Both the position numbers and the translations under genes were made by a program. The notes beneath the pieces were generated by a model. The model was not told the DNA's origin, ran no database searches, and worked only from the letters and a program-made list of their open reading frames with translations. From Candidatus Oxydemutatoraceae bacterium (GTDB taxonomy: Bacteria; Pseudomonadota; Gammaproteobacteria; Poriferisulfidales; Oxydemutatoraceae), in contig OZ244717.1 of assembly GCA_965218975.1 (NCBI GenBank), forward strand, positions 1,184,001 through 1,248,000: 64,000 nt of DNA, given 5' to 3'. Shown here piece by piece: positions 40,664-50,159 of the stretch (position 1 is the stretch's first letter; each line of letters begins with the position of its first letter).

Positions 40664-41539
40664 CTATACTATACTTACTAGTAATGGGAAGTAGGCATCG
40701 AACATCAAGGCTGCAAATAGAACCAGCAGATATAAAATTGAGTAGGTGAAAGTATTTTGCGCCCACTTTTTTGACCGCGTGATTTTTAGAACGATAGTGT
40801 GATAAATAAATATCGCATTCAGCAGTAATGCTCCGAATAAGTAGATTATCCCTGATAGACCCAGCGCAAAAGGTAGAATCGTTACAATAGTTAGAAGTAA
40901 AGTATAAAACAGCACGTGCGTACGAGTTAAGTCTTCCCCATGGGTTACCGGCAGCATCGGCACTTTAGCGTCCTTATAATCATCCACACGGTATAGCGCC
41001 AGCGCCCAGAAATGAGGCGGAGTCCACACAAAAATAATTGCAAATAAAACCAGCGCCCCAACATCGACACTGCCGGTAACGGCAATCCAACCTAATAGCG
41101 GTGGCGCCGCTCCCGCAGCACCGCCGATAACAATATTTTGCGGAGTAGCATATTTTAGATAGCGAGTGTAAATTACCGCGTATCCGACTAACGAAACTAA
41201 TGTCAGTATTACAGTCAAACCGTTTGTCCAGATACCCAATATTATGCTGCCGAGAATGCCGATAATCAGTGCAAAAAGCAAGACCTGCCTTTTAGTCAGC
41301 TGTCCCGAAGGAAGAGGCCGCGCTTGGGTTCGTTTCATTACTGCATCAATTCGATGATCTGCTGCTTGATTGATTGCGGCAGCGGCGCTTGCAACTAGCC
41401 CGATACCTATTGTACCGGCAAAGATAACACTCCAAGAAATATTCCCGGGGGATGCTATAAACATGCCGACCAATGTGGTAAACAGCATTGTTGCCACAAT
41501 TCTGGGTTTACATACTTCTAAGTAGGTTTTCCAAGCCAC
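40664..41539 (-). CDS. cyoE: Heme o synthase (protoheme IX farnesyltransferase)
   Basis: IDAVMKRTQARPL, WTPPHFWAL. Confidence 0.93.
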   Translation of the reverse strand: MAWKTYLEVCKPRIVATMLFTTLVGMFIASPGNISWSVIFAGTIGIGLVASAAAAINQAADHRIDAVMKRTQARPLPSGQLTKRQVLLFALIIGILGSIILGIWTNGLTVILTLVSLVGYAVIYTRYLKYATPQNIVIGGAAGAAPPLLGWIAVTGSVDVGALVLFAIIFVWTPPHFWALALYRVDDYKDAKVPMLPVTHGEDLTRTHVLFYTLLLTIVTILPFALGLSGIIYLFGALLLNAIFIYHTIVLKITRSKKWAQNTFTYSILYLLVLFAALMFDAYFPLLVSIV

Positions 41540-41617
41540 GGCGCTTATACAGTAATTTTAATTTTCATGATGCGATAACATATTTAGTGATATGAAATAA
41601 TGTCGCGCGTATTTCAA

Positions 41618-42652
41618 TTAGGACCTTATCTCGGGAGTTACACAAGATTTTAAGCGATAAATCATAGTAATCATCGCAAGCAGTAGTAATGCGGCCGTGC
41701 CATTATGCGCGATCGCGACTGCTATCGGTAGTGAGTAAACAACATTGGAAATACCTAATGCAATTTGCGCGATCAATAAGAAAAAACCGGCGCCGGCAGC
41801 CATCTTAACAGAAGCGGGTGGTTTTTTTACGAGCAGGCGTAGTAAAAAACCGATGATAAGGATCGCAATGATCAATGCACCCAGACGATGTAGCCAATGG
41901 ATTGCCGTACGTGCGGGACTTTCCAGAGTGCCAAATTCATGACTGAAGCCTTGGTTGTACCATCCGGAGAATATACTGCCAAAATCGATAGCGTCGGGTA
42001 ACCACTTCTGCTGGCAGGTCGGGAAATCAGTACAGGCAAGCGCCGCATAGTTGGAGCTCGTCCATGCACCGAGAAATATTTGCATGACAAGAATCGCGGT
42101 AACAAAAATTGCCAACTTAAAATCCTTATTAGCACCAGTGAAAGCTTGTGTTGCTTGATTGGGTATTGAAGTTAGAATCAGCCACCATAAAATTGCAAGA
42201 ATTGCCATCCCACCGAGCAGATGCATGGAAACAATGATAGGATTAAGCAGTAAAGTAACGGTCCACATGCCAAGCAATCCTTGGAATATCGTGATTACAA
42301 GAAGCGCCAGCGGCAAAACAAATGGCTGCCGTAAATCGTGGCGGTTCAATCCGGCGACGATTCCAATAAACAGAACCAGAATGCCAAACCCCCCGGCAAG
42401 GTAGCGATGGACCATTTCTTTCCATGCCTTGTCTGTTTCTACCACAGGTTGCGGGTAGAACTCATTTGCCCGGTTGATCTCGTCGGTTGTTACCGGCACG
42501 CCAAGCAGATGCCCATAGCATCCCGGCCAATCGGGACAACCAAGACCGGCATCAGATAGACGAACGTAAGCGCCTAAAATGATGACGCATAAGGCCATAA
42601 CTAATCCTATCCGAATTGAGATGTTAAAGATTTTTAAGTAGAAATCAGCCAA
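41618..42652 (-). CDS. ctaA: Heme A synthase (COX15/CtaA)
   Basis: GLGCPDWPGCYG, EMVHR, ACTDFPTC, HWLHR. Confidence 0.9.
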   Translation of the reverse strand: MADFYLKIFNISIRIGLVMALCVIILGAYVRLSDAGLGCPDWPGCYGHLLGVPVTTDEINRANEFYPQPVVETDKAWKEMVHRYLAGGFGILVLFIGIVAGLNRHDLRQPFVLPLALLVITIFQGLLGMWTVTLLLNPIIVSMHLLGGMAILAILWWLILTSIPNQATQAFTGANKDFKLAIFVTAILVMQIFLGAWTSSNYAALACTDFPTCQQKWLPDAIDFGSIFSGWYNQGFSHEFGTLESPARTAIHWLHRLGALIIAILIIGFLLRLLVKKPPASVKMAAGAGFFLLIAQIALGISNVVYSLPIAVAIAHNGTAALLLLAMITMIYRLKSCVTPEIRS

Positions 42653-43247
42653 TTTTTGATACCCTCAGCAGACTTTTGATGTCCTTGAATATCCCTTTTG
42701 ATGTCGAGTTGTCATTATATTCCAGTATCAAATTTCCGAGAGTATCAATCAGATATATCCTTCCGAAAGTGAAATTTTGCATCTGTTCCGCAATCGGAGA
42801 ATTTACTTTAATTTTTGCAATATGTAATTTCGGATTAAACCGTTTTAATTTTTTCAGAGATGAATCCGACAAGGCATGCGGTGTTAAATACACGGTTTGT
42901 ACGCGGTTCGCTTCTCTTCCCAATGACAAAGGGACTTGCCGCAGTTTAAATAATTCAGCTTCGCAATAGAGATTGCACTCTGCCTCCCCCCAATAAAGCA
43001 AAGTCCATTTACCCTTCAGTAAGCCGGTAACAAGCGGTTGACTGTTTTCATCAAAGCCATCAAGCGGTTTGAGAGTTTGTACTGGGAGAATAAACGTGCC
43101 GTGATTAGTAGTTTTTTGCGGAATGAGCCCGACTACATCGAGATTGAAGTATATCAGCATTGCAATGAATACCGGCCCAAAAAACACTAAAAAAATTCCG
43201 ATGAGGTTGATCTTTGATTGTATGTTGTTAAATTCCTTACCTGACAC
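42645..43247 (-). CDS. Thioredoxin/SCO-like membrane-anchored cox-operon protein
   Basis: N-terminal TM; KWTLLY...CNLYC; position in the cox operon. Confidence 0.7.
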   Translation of the reverse strand: MSGKEFNNIQSKINLIGIFLVFFGPVFIAMLIYFNLDVVGLIPQKTTNHGTFILPVQTLKPLDGFDENSQPLVTGLLKGKWTLLYWGEAECNLYCEAELFKLRQVPLSLGREANRVQTVYLTPHALSDSSLKKLKRFNPKLHIAKIKVNSPIAEQMQNFTFGRIYLIDTLGNLILEYNDNSTSKGIFKDIKSLLRVSKIG

Positions 43248-43251
43248 GGGT

Positions 43252-44004
43252 CTAGCGATGCTTCACTTTCACGTTTAGAACCAGAAAGATAATCAATGCC
43301 GCTAGCGCAAAAGCGAACCACTGTACCGCATAAGCAAGATTTTTATCGGGAGATGTAGCAATCAAAGGCCACTCGCGATAATAGTCTCCCGCTAGTTCCG
43401 GAGACATACGGATTGTAAACGCAGGAAGGTCGGCGCCCAATCTTTCACTCATTTCCGCGTAATTAATATGCGTAACTAATCGTGGCCAACCGGTACTGCC
43501 CTCATCCGATACTCCCACGGCAAAGGGTTTCCCAACGGGTACGTAAACAGTGCCCTCAACTCGCATTGGTTGCGCGTCAATCGACACATCGGGCAGACTG
43601 TCGCGTGAGCTTTTAAGCGCTATCCATCCTCGATCAACTAAAATTAAACTGCTATTAAGACGCTCGAAAGGAGTCATCACATTCAACCCAAGTTTCCCGT
43701 TGCGAATTTGATTATCAAGCAAGAATTGTCGGTCGGCTAAAGGTTTTCCGGTAAAAGAGACTTTTTGATATTGCCATTGTTTAAGGTTTTTGATATCCCC
43801 ATTCGGCAAGGCTAGCATAGGTTGCATCTGTTGCTGTTGATGTTGTCTAAGTAATTCGGCTTTATCATCGGCGCGCTCTAATTGCCATTTGCCCAATCCG
43901 ATAAATAAACTCACACCAAAAACGGTTAGAAATACTGCGAGTAGAGGCGGTTTGAATTGTATCCGTTTGGTTTTCCTGATATTGTTTGGCGGTGTTATAT
44001 CCAT
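43252..44004 (-). CDS. SURF1-family protein
   Basis: LGKWQLERA, LVDRGW, YAVQWF. Confidence 0.9.
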   Translation of the reverse strand: MDITPPNNIRKTKRIQFKPPLLAVFLTVFGVSLFIGLGKWQLERADDKAELLRQHQQQQMQPMLALPNGDIKNLKQWQYQKVSFTGKPLADRQFLLDNQIRNGKLGLNVMTPFERLNSSLILVDRGWIALKSSRDSLPDVSIDAQPMRVEGTVYVPVGKPFAVGVSDEGSTGWPRLVTHINYAEMSERLGADLPAFTIRMSPELAGDYYREWPLIATSPDKNLAYAVQWFAFALAALIIFLVLNVKVKHR

Positions 44005-44023
44005 TGGCTGAAGGATATTTTAT

Positions 44024-44248
44024 ATGTGGTTCAAAGTTGCTGTTGTTATTTTTCTTCTAGTGATTGTATTTAATCTTGCCTCGGCAATGATATACTTACT
44101 CAAAGATAGGAGTTCTACTAAACGTAGCTTAAAGGCATTAACTTGGCGGATTGGCCTATCGGTAACACTATTCATTTTATTATTGATTGGATTTATGAAC
44201 GGATGGATACAACCTCACTCTGCGATTCCTACCCCTATGTACGAGTGA
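44024..44248 (+). CDS. DUF2909/HIG1-like twin-TM small protein
   Basis: ALTWRIGLSV, GWIQPH; divergent within the cox cluster. Confidence 0.8.
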   Translation: MWFKVAVVIFLLVIVFNLASAMIYLLKDRSSTKRSLKALTWRIGLSVTLFILLLIGFMNGWIQPHSAIPTPMYE

Positions 44249-44253
44249 GTGAG

Positions 44254-45129
44254 CTAAATCCAATAAACAAAAACGAATAATCCCAACCACACGACATCAA
44301 CAAAATGCCAGTACCAGGCGGAGGCTTCAAACGCAAAGTGGTGGTCAGGTTTGAAATGTCCTGCAAGGCTACGAAACAGCATCACAGTCAACATTAGTGC
44401 GCCGATCGTCACGTGTAAACCATGAAAGCCGGTTAACATAAAGAAAGTCGAACCATAAATCCCGGAAGTCAAACGCAGATTGAGATCGCTGTACGCATGA
44501 CCATATTCGTATGCTTGTAATCCAACAAAGATAAAGCCTAGAACAACGGTTAGAAGCAAACCTGAATTCAATTGCATTCTATTATTTGATTTTAGTCCGT
44601 GATGCGCCCAAGTTACCGTCACACCGCTGGTTAACAGAATCGCAGTATTGAGTGCTGGAATCCCCCAAGCGCCCATAGGGGTAAACATTCCGCCAATTTC
44701 ACTGGGACCGTTGGCATTGACCGGCCAAATCGCTTCAAAATCAGGCCATAGATAGAAATTAGTCACTGTGCCGGTGCCCTCTCCGCCTAACCAGGGCAGC
44801 GAATAAATTCGCGCATAAAATAACGTACCGAAGAATGCGCCGAAAAACATCACTTCCGAGAAAATAAACCAGAACATTCCCCAGCGGAAAGATACGTCCA
44901 CTTGACTGTTATATGTTCCCGCCTCGCTTTCGCGAATCACCGTGCCAAACCAACCGACAAGCATATATAGAAATACTAAAAGACCGGTCCCCATCAGAAT
45001 CACTCCGGTATCCGAACCGTTGAGCATAGACGCCGCTCCGACCATCAGCAAACTTAGCGCCACCGATCCGAATATCGGCCAAGAACTCGGGTTTGGTATG
45101 TAGTAAGCGGTAGTGTTCCTTTGAGTCAC
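44254..45129 (-). CDS. coxC: Cytochrome c oxidase subunit III
   Basis: WFIFSEVMFF, TGFHGLHV, WYWHFVDVVW. Confidence 0.95.
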   Translation of the reverse strand: MTQRNTTAYYIPNPSSWPIFGSVALSLLMVGAASMLNGSDTGVILMGTGLLVFLYMLVGWFGTVIRESEAGTYNSQVDVSFRWGMFWFIFSEVMFFGAFFGTLFYARIYSLPWLGGEGTGTVTNFYLWPDFEAIWPVNANGPSEIGGMFTPMGAWGIPALNTAILLTSGVTVTWAHHGLKSNNRMQLNSGLLLTVVLGFIFVGLQAYEYGHAYSDLNLRLTSGIYGSTFFMLTGFHGLHVTIGALMLTVMLFRSLAGHFKPDHHFAFEASAWYWHFVDVVWLGLFVFVYWI

Positions 45130-45145
45130 GACTTTATCCTGTTAG

Positions 45146-45676
45146 CTATGTTTTAGGAGTCACATCAAAAAGAGTGTATGAAAGTGATACGGTTTTAACA
45201 TTGTCCGGTAGCGCCGGGTCAACAATAAACCGCATTGTTAAAAGCCGTTTTTCACCGGCAGCGAATGTCTGGCTCTCAAAACAAAAACATTCCACTTTGT
45301 TGAAGTATGCCGCTGCGTTAGCTGGCGACAAACTTGGGACCGCTTGCGCAACGATTGTCCGTTGTGTGTGGTTATGTGCGATATAGTCAATGGTGCGCAT
45401 TTCACCCGTATGGGTCGCCATTTTACGTTGTGCCGGTTCGAAATTCATCGCCAGCGATTGATTCAACGTTGCAAGAAACTCTACATTTATGGTACGCATC
45501 TCATCCATCACAACGTTCTCAGCATCGGACTTTTCCATTACTTGGGTTTTCCCATTCAAACCGGTGATATCACAGACAATATCGTATAGGGGTACCAGCG
45601 CAAAACCGAATGCAAACATCGCAACCGACACGGCAACCAGCTTAAACGCGGTTTTTTTTTGCTTATTGCTTTGCAT
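45146..45676 (-). CDS. ctaG: Cytochrome c oxidase assembly protein CtaG/Cox11
   Basis: VPLYDIVCDITG, KVECFCF. Confidence 0.93.
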   Translation of the reverse strand: MQSNKQKKTAFKLVAVSVAMFAFGFALVPLYDIVCDITGLNGKTQVMEKSDAENVVMDEMRTINVEFLATLNQSLAMNFEPAQRKMATHTGEMRTIDYIAHNHTQRTIVAQAVPSLSPANAAAYFNKVECFCFESQTFAAGEKRLLTMRFIVDPALPDNVKTVSLSYTLFDVTPKT

Positions 45677-45679
45677 CGC

Positions 45680-45784
45680 CTATCTTGCCGCAACCAAAAA
45701 ATAAAAGCCGACGTAAATTGCGGTCGCAGCTAACGCAAGACTTAACGCGGTTATTTTCACGCTGCCGTAATGCTTAATCATCAT
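45680..45784 (-). CDS. 34-aa single-TM small protein between coxA and ctaG (not in the ORF track)
   Basis: MMIKHYGSVKITALSLALAATAIYVGFYFLVAAR*; fills the operon gap. Confidence 0.6.
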   Translation of the reverse strand: MMIKHYGSVKITALSLALAATAIYVGFYFLVAAR

Positions 45785-45818
45785 TTGGAGTCATAATTAT
45801 GTGATGAGTAAGATGCGC

Positions 45819-47390
45819 CTACTTAATTTGCGGCGGTGTCGTAAAACTGTGGTACGGTGGCGGCGAAGGCAGTGTCCACTCCAGTCCTTCGGCATTTTCC
45901 CAAACGCGTGAAGTCGCTTTCTCGCCGCTGCGACAGGTTTGTAGCACTAGATAAAGGAACAGCAATTGAGAAAATCCAAATCCGAACGCGCCAATAGTGG
46001 CAAGGACATTATAGTCGGTAAATTGCATATTATAGTCGGGGATACGACGCGGCATTCCGGCAAGTCCGACGAAATGCATCGGAAAAAAAGTCAAATTGAC
46101 AAAAATTGTCGACAACCAAAAATGCCACTTGCCCAGTGTTTCATTGTACATATACCCGGTCCACTTCGGCAGCCAGTAATAGACTGCCGCAATGATGGCA
46201 AAAATTGATCCTGGCACCAGCACATAGTGGAAGTGCGCAACAACGAAGTAAGTATCATGGTATTGATAGTCCGCAGGAGTAATAGCAAGCATCAAACCGG
46301 AAAACCCGCCTAGAGTGAACATTACTATAAAACTGACGGCAAATAACATCGGGGTTTCAAGCGTTAAGGACCCTCGCCACATAGTTGCTACCCAATTAAA
46401 GACTTTCACGCCGGTGGGAACAGCGATTAGCATTGTTGAGAACATAAAAAACAGTTGGCCTGCTAACGGCATGCCGACTGTGAACATGTGATGCGCCCAA
46501 ACAATAAATGATAAAAATGCAATTGATGCGGTTGCGTAAACCATAGAATTATAACCACAGAGCGGTTTGCGCGAAAAAGTCGGAATGATGCTTGAGATCA
46601 CGCCGAACGACGGCAAGATCAGAATGTAAACTTCCGGATGCCCGAAGAACCAAAAAATATGCTGGAACATGACGGGGTCGCCGCCGCCTGCGGCGTTAAA
46701 GAAACTGGTGCCAAAGAATTTATCCGTCAGTAGCATAGTAACGCCCCCGGCAAGTACCGGCATCACGGCGATTAACAAATAGGCAGTAATCAGCCAAGTC
46801 CAAACAAACAGCGGCATTTGCATTAATGTCATGCCTGGTGCACGCATATTCAAGATAGTGGCAATGACGTTAATCGCCCCCAGGATTGAAGACAGCCCCA
46901 GAAAATGAATGGCAAAGATGACAAACGGAAGAGCGTCGCCGGTTTGCAAAGTTAATGGCGGGTAAAGCGTCCATCCTCCGCTCGGCCCCCCGCCATCCAT
47001 GAACAAAGTTGAAAGTAACATAGTGAAGGCAAATGGCAGAATCCAGAAACTCCAGTTGTTGAGTCTAGGCAATGCCATATCGATGCCGCCAATCATCATC
47101 GGAATCAACCAGTTGGCCAGACCGGTAAATGCCGGCATAATGACACCGAAAATCATTACCAGGGCGTGCATGGTGGTCATCGAATTAAAAAATAGAGGGT
47201 CGACAAACTGCAGTCCGGGTTGAAACAGTTCGGAACGGATAATCAACGCCATAAATCCGCCGATAAAAAACATAATCAAAGCGAAAAACAAATAAAGTGT
47301 TCCGATATCTTTATGATTGGTGGTGAACAGCCATCGCTTAATCCCGCTCGTATGTTCTTCGTGATGGTCATCAACCAAGACTGCACTCAT
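45819..47390 (-). CDS. coxA: Cytochrome c oxidase subunit I, aa3 type A1
   Basis: TNHKDIG, FGHPEVY, WAHH, VAHFH. Confidence 0.97.
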   Translation of the reverse strand: MSAVLVDDHHEEHTSGIKRWLFTTNHKDIGTLYLFFALIMFFIGGFMALIIRSELFQPGLQFVDPLFFNSMTTMHALVMIFGVIMPAFTGLANWLIPMMIGGIDMALPRLNNWSFWILPFAFTMLLSTLFMDGGGPSGGWTLYPPLTLQTGDALPFVIFAIHFLGLSSILGAINVIATILNMRAPGMTLMQMPLFVWTWLITAYLLIAVMPVLAGGVTMLLTDKFFGTSFFNAAGGGDPVMFQHIFWFFGHPEVYILILPSFGVISSIIPTFSRKPLCGYNSMVYATASIAFLSFIVWAHHMFTVGMPLAGQLFFMFSTMLIAVPTGVKVFNWVATMWRGSLTLETPMLFAVSFIVMFTLGGFSGLMLAITPADYQYHDTYFVVAHFHYVLVPGSIFAIIAAVYYWLPKWTGYMYNETLGKWHFWLSTIFVNLTFFPMHFVGLAGMPRRIPDYNMQFTDYNVLATIGAFGFGFSQLLFLYLVLQTCRSGEKATSRVWENAEGLEWTLPSPPPYHSFTTPPQIK

Positions 47391-47428
47391 TATTTTGTCC
47401 TCTCAATGTAAATGTTGACGTTATTAAA

Positions 47429-48229
47429 TTATTCTGCTGCCGCAACCGGTTTCTGCGCTTTCATATCAGCAACCCATTCACGGTATTCATCCTCAGGCAC
47501 GGCACGTACGACGACCGGCATAAAACCGTGATGTCGTCCGCATAGTTCGGCACATTGCCCACGATACGTGCCGGGTTTATCAATCTTCGTCCATGCTTCG
47601 TTGATGTAACCGGGAATTGCATCTTTTTTCACCGCTAATTCAGGCACCCACCATGCGTGTAGTACATCATTGGATGTGATCAGAAACCGCGCTTTTTTAC
47701 CGACCGGCAGGACCAGCTCATTATCCACTTCCAGCAGATAATGTTCACCTTTTTCTTGCTTGTTGTAAATTTCTTCAAAGGGCGTTTTTAATGTGCTAAA
47801 AAATCCAATATCTTCATCTAAATAATCGTACTCCCACATCCATTGATAACCGGTTATTTTGATTGTCAGGTCCGCTTCGCTGGAGTTTTCCATTTTGATT
47901 AACGTCTGTGAGGCGGGCACTGCCATTACAATTAAAATTGCCAACGGTATCAATGTCCAAATCATTTCTACATATATGCTTTCGTGAAATTGAACGGCTT
48001 GATGCCCTCTGGATTTACGATGCATGATCAGCGAGTAGAGCATGACACCGTAAACAACAATACCGATTGCCACACAAATCCAGAAAATCAACATGTGGAG
48101 ATGAAATACTTCATGGCTGACTTCGGTGACACCAACCGGCATGTTGTACGGTTGAAGTTCGGCATTAGCAGAAGTTGTTATTGTCAGTACGGCAATCAAC
48201 CAAGTTGCGTTAAAGATATTTTTCATCAT
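47429..48229 (-). CDS. coxB: Cytochrome c oxidase subunit II
   Basis: DVLHAW, CAELCGRHHGFM. Confidence 0.95.
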   Translation of the reverse strand: MMKNIFNATWLIAVLTITTSANAELQPYNMPVGVTEVSHEVFHLHMLIFWICVAIGIVVYGVMLYSLIMHRKSRGHQAVQFHESIYVEMIWTLIPLAILIVMAVPASQTLIKMENSSEADLTIKITGYQWMWEYDYLDEDIGFFSTLKTPFEEIYNKQEKGEHYLLEVDNELVLPVGKKARFLITSNDVLHAWWVPELAVKKDAIPGYINEAWTKIDKPGTYRGQCAELCGRHHGFMPVVVRAVPEDEYREWVADMKAQKPVAAAE

Positions 48230-48773
48230 TATTTCGTTCGGATTGTTACTTGCTCAGGCAATGTCGACGGCCCTCGAATTCGGTGATCAGTTTAGCTCGT
48301 TTGCAAGCGGATGCTTTTCTTTGGTGCTGATAAGCAGGGCAATTCCAAGCTGCAAACCGTAGACCCCGACTCACGATCGCTTAGGCTAACAACACCTGTT
48401 TCAGAGGAGGCTATTTTCGTCCCTGCACATTGGGAAACACAACTTTTTTCGGATGTATTCATTCTGATTGTCGCAATAATTTCATTATTAGTAATCTCAA
48501 TAAACTTCTTCGCGATTATTCTGTCGCTAATACAGATGAAGCGCAATCATATAACATTTCCGGCCCTCCCATTTCAAAATAATCAACCCGTCATGTCATA
48601 ATGTCGGATATGCATAACAAACTCAGAGAAAGACCCTGCTCCCCGGCCAGTTTATCGAACCGTTGGGTTCAATAACAGAGTTTGTTTGTAAACCCAGCCT
48701 CTTTATCACATCTCAATTCAATTATCACAAGAAGCAGAATTATAATATTTTCCAATAGTTTTAAGCAATAGTG

Positions 48774-49790
48774 TGTATAGGTCCATAACATTTGGCACTC
48801 CGGGTGGGGAGTCAGGAGCGATTGTATCGGGGATTGTAACCCCAGTGAATGATGGGGGCGTTGGGTGTTGTAAAACACCAGCCATTGTGCCAATTCCTGG
48901 TTAAAGCAGGCCACATCAGTGAACAGAAGATCCTCGTGGTAGTCCACGAATGATTCCTGCAAGGTGCGGTTGAAGCGCTCGATGTGCGCGTTCATCTTTG
49001 GCGACTTCGGATAGGTCCACCAGTGGGTGATCCGGCGCTGTTTCAACTCGGTCTCGAAGTCCTTCAGCCGCAGGGCGTGTGCGCTGCGCCGACTGCTGCG
49101 GGTAGTGGAAGCCCACGCGAACGCAACGCGCGAGCGCGGGTCAATGAAGGTGAACACGTAGCGGCGCGTCTCACCCTGCCCAAGTGTCCGCACGATTGCG
49201 CGCCTGATCGCGGATGCGCCAGATAAAATGCGCTGTATTCCACAGCGTCTGAATGCCAAAGGACAAACAAAACGACTGTTCAAGCGCCGATGCAAGGCAC
49301 GCAAGCCGAAACATTTCAAAGCACAGTATCCGGAGCATTGCATCGCCCTGGATACGATTGTGCGTTATCAGCACGGAGTGCGCCGCTACGTCTTAACGGC
49401 CATCGATGTCTATACCCGAATGGCAATAGCAGTGGCAATCAACCGCTGTAACAGCTGCAACGCAGCCGCATTCCTGCGCCTAGCAGAATTTCGGCAGCAG
49501 TAAAGTCTTTGAGCTGATGAAACCGTTTTGTGTTTGTTGCCGGATTGTCGGCAAAGTGCCTGTCGTCCATGACGAGACTTGGTTCTGTCAATGAGCGCCA
49601 GCCCCGACGTCCTTGTCGGGTCGTTCGCCGCTGAAAACCGATCGGTTTTCCGGGCGCGTCTCACCCTGCACCGTCCTCATGCCGGCAACGGACAGAAAGC
49701 ACCGATCCGAATGTTATTGCCGAACGCTTCCTCCGAAGCCCTTCAAAAATCCCATTTAGAGTGGCATCGTACAAAGAGTGGCATCGTACA
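48774..49790. mobile_element. IS481 mosaic locus G: inverted fusion of ISb right half (-) and ISa pieces (+), 1 R copy plus an R stub
   Basis: ISb right end at 48774; ISa right end at 49773, its terminal 16 bp repeated at 49775-49790. Confidence 0.85.
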
Positions 49791-49874
49791 AACTTTTATG
49801 TTACTATGGCATCTTTGATCAAAGCAATAATTAAGAAATACTTAATACCATTAAATATTTGGATCACAATAATC

Positions 49875-50144
49875 ATGGCATTTACCGTCGAACAAAAAGC
49901 GACGATCGTCCAAAAGCATAGTCGTTCGGCTAATGATACCGGTTCGATAGAGGTGCAGACTGCCCTTTTGACCGCGCGTATTAACGCATTAACCGCATAC
50001 TTTTCTAAGCATAAAAAGGACGCTCACTCGCGCCGTGGTTTGCTCAAAATGGTAAGTGTCCGCCGCCGCTTATTGAAGTATATAAAATCTAAGGACGTAG
50101 AGCGATATAAATCATTGGTTGCTGCGTTGGGATTGCGCTCCTAG
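49875..50144 (+). CDS. rpsO: 30S ribosomal protein S15
   Basis: [23 protein letters not shown]; 89 aa. Confidence 0.96.
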   Translation: MAFTVEQKATIVQKHSRSANDTGSIEVQTALLTARINALTAYFSKHKKDAHSRRGLLKMVSVRRRLLKYIKSKDVERYKSLVAALGLRS

Positions 50145-50159
50145 CAGTAAGTTGGTCTT

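Noticed and set aside
48292-48601. Overlapping ORFs upstream of coxB
   Set aside because: No recognisable motifs or RBS; probably non-coding or decayed sequence.
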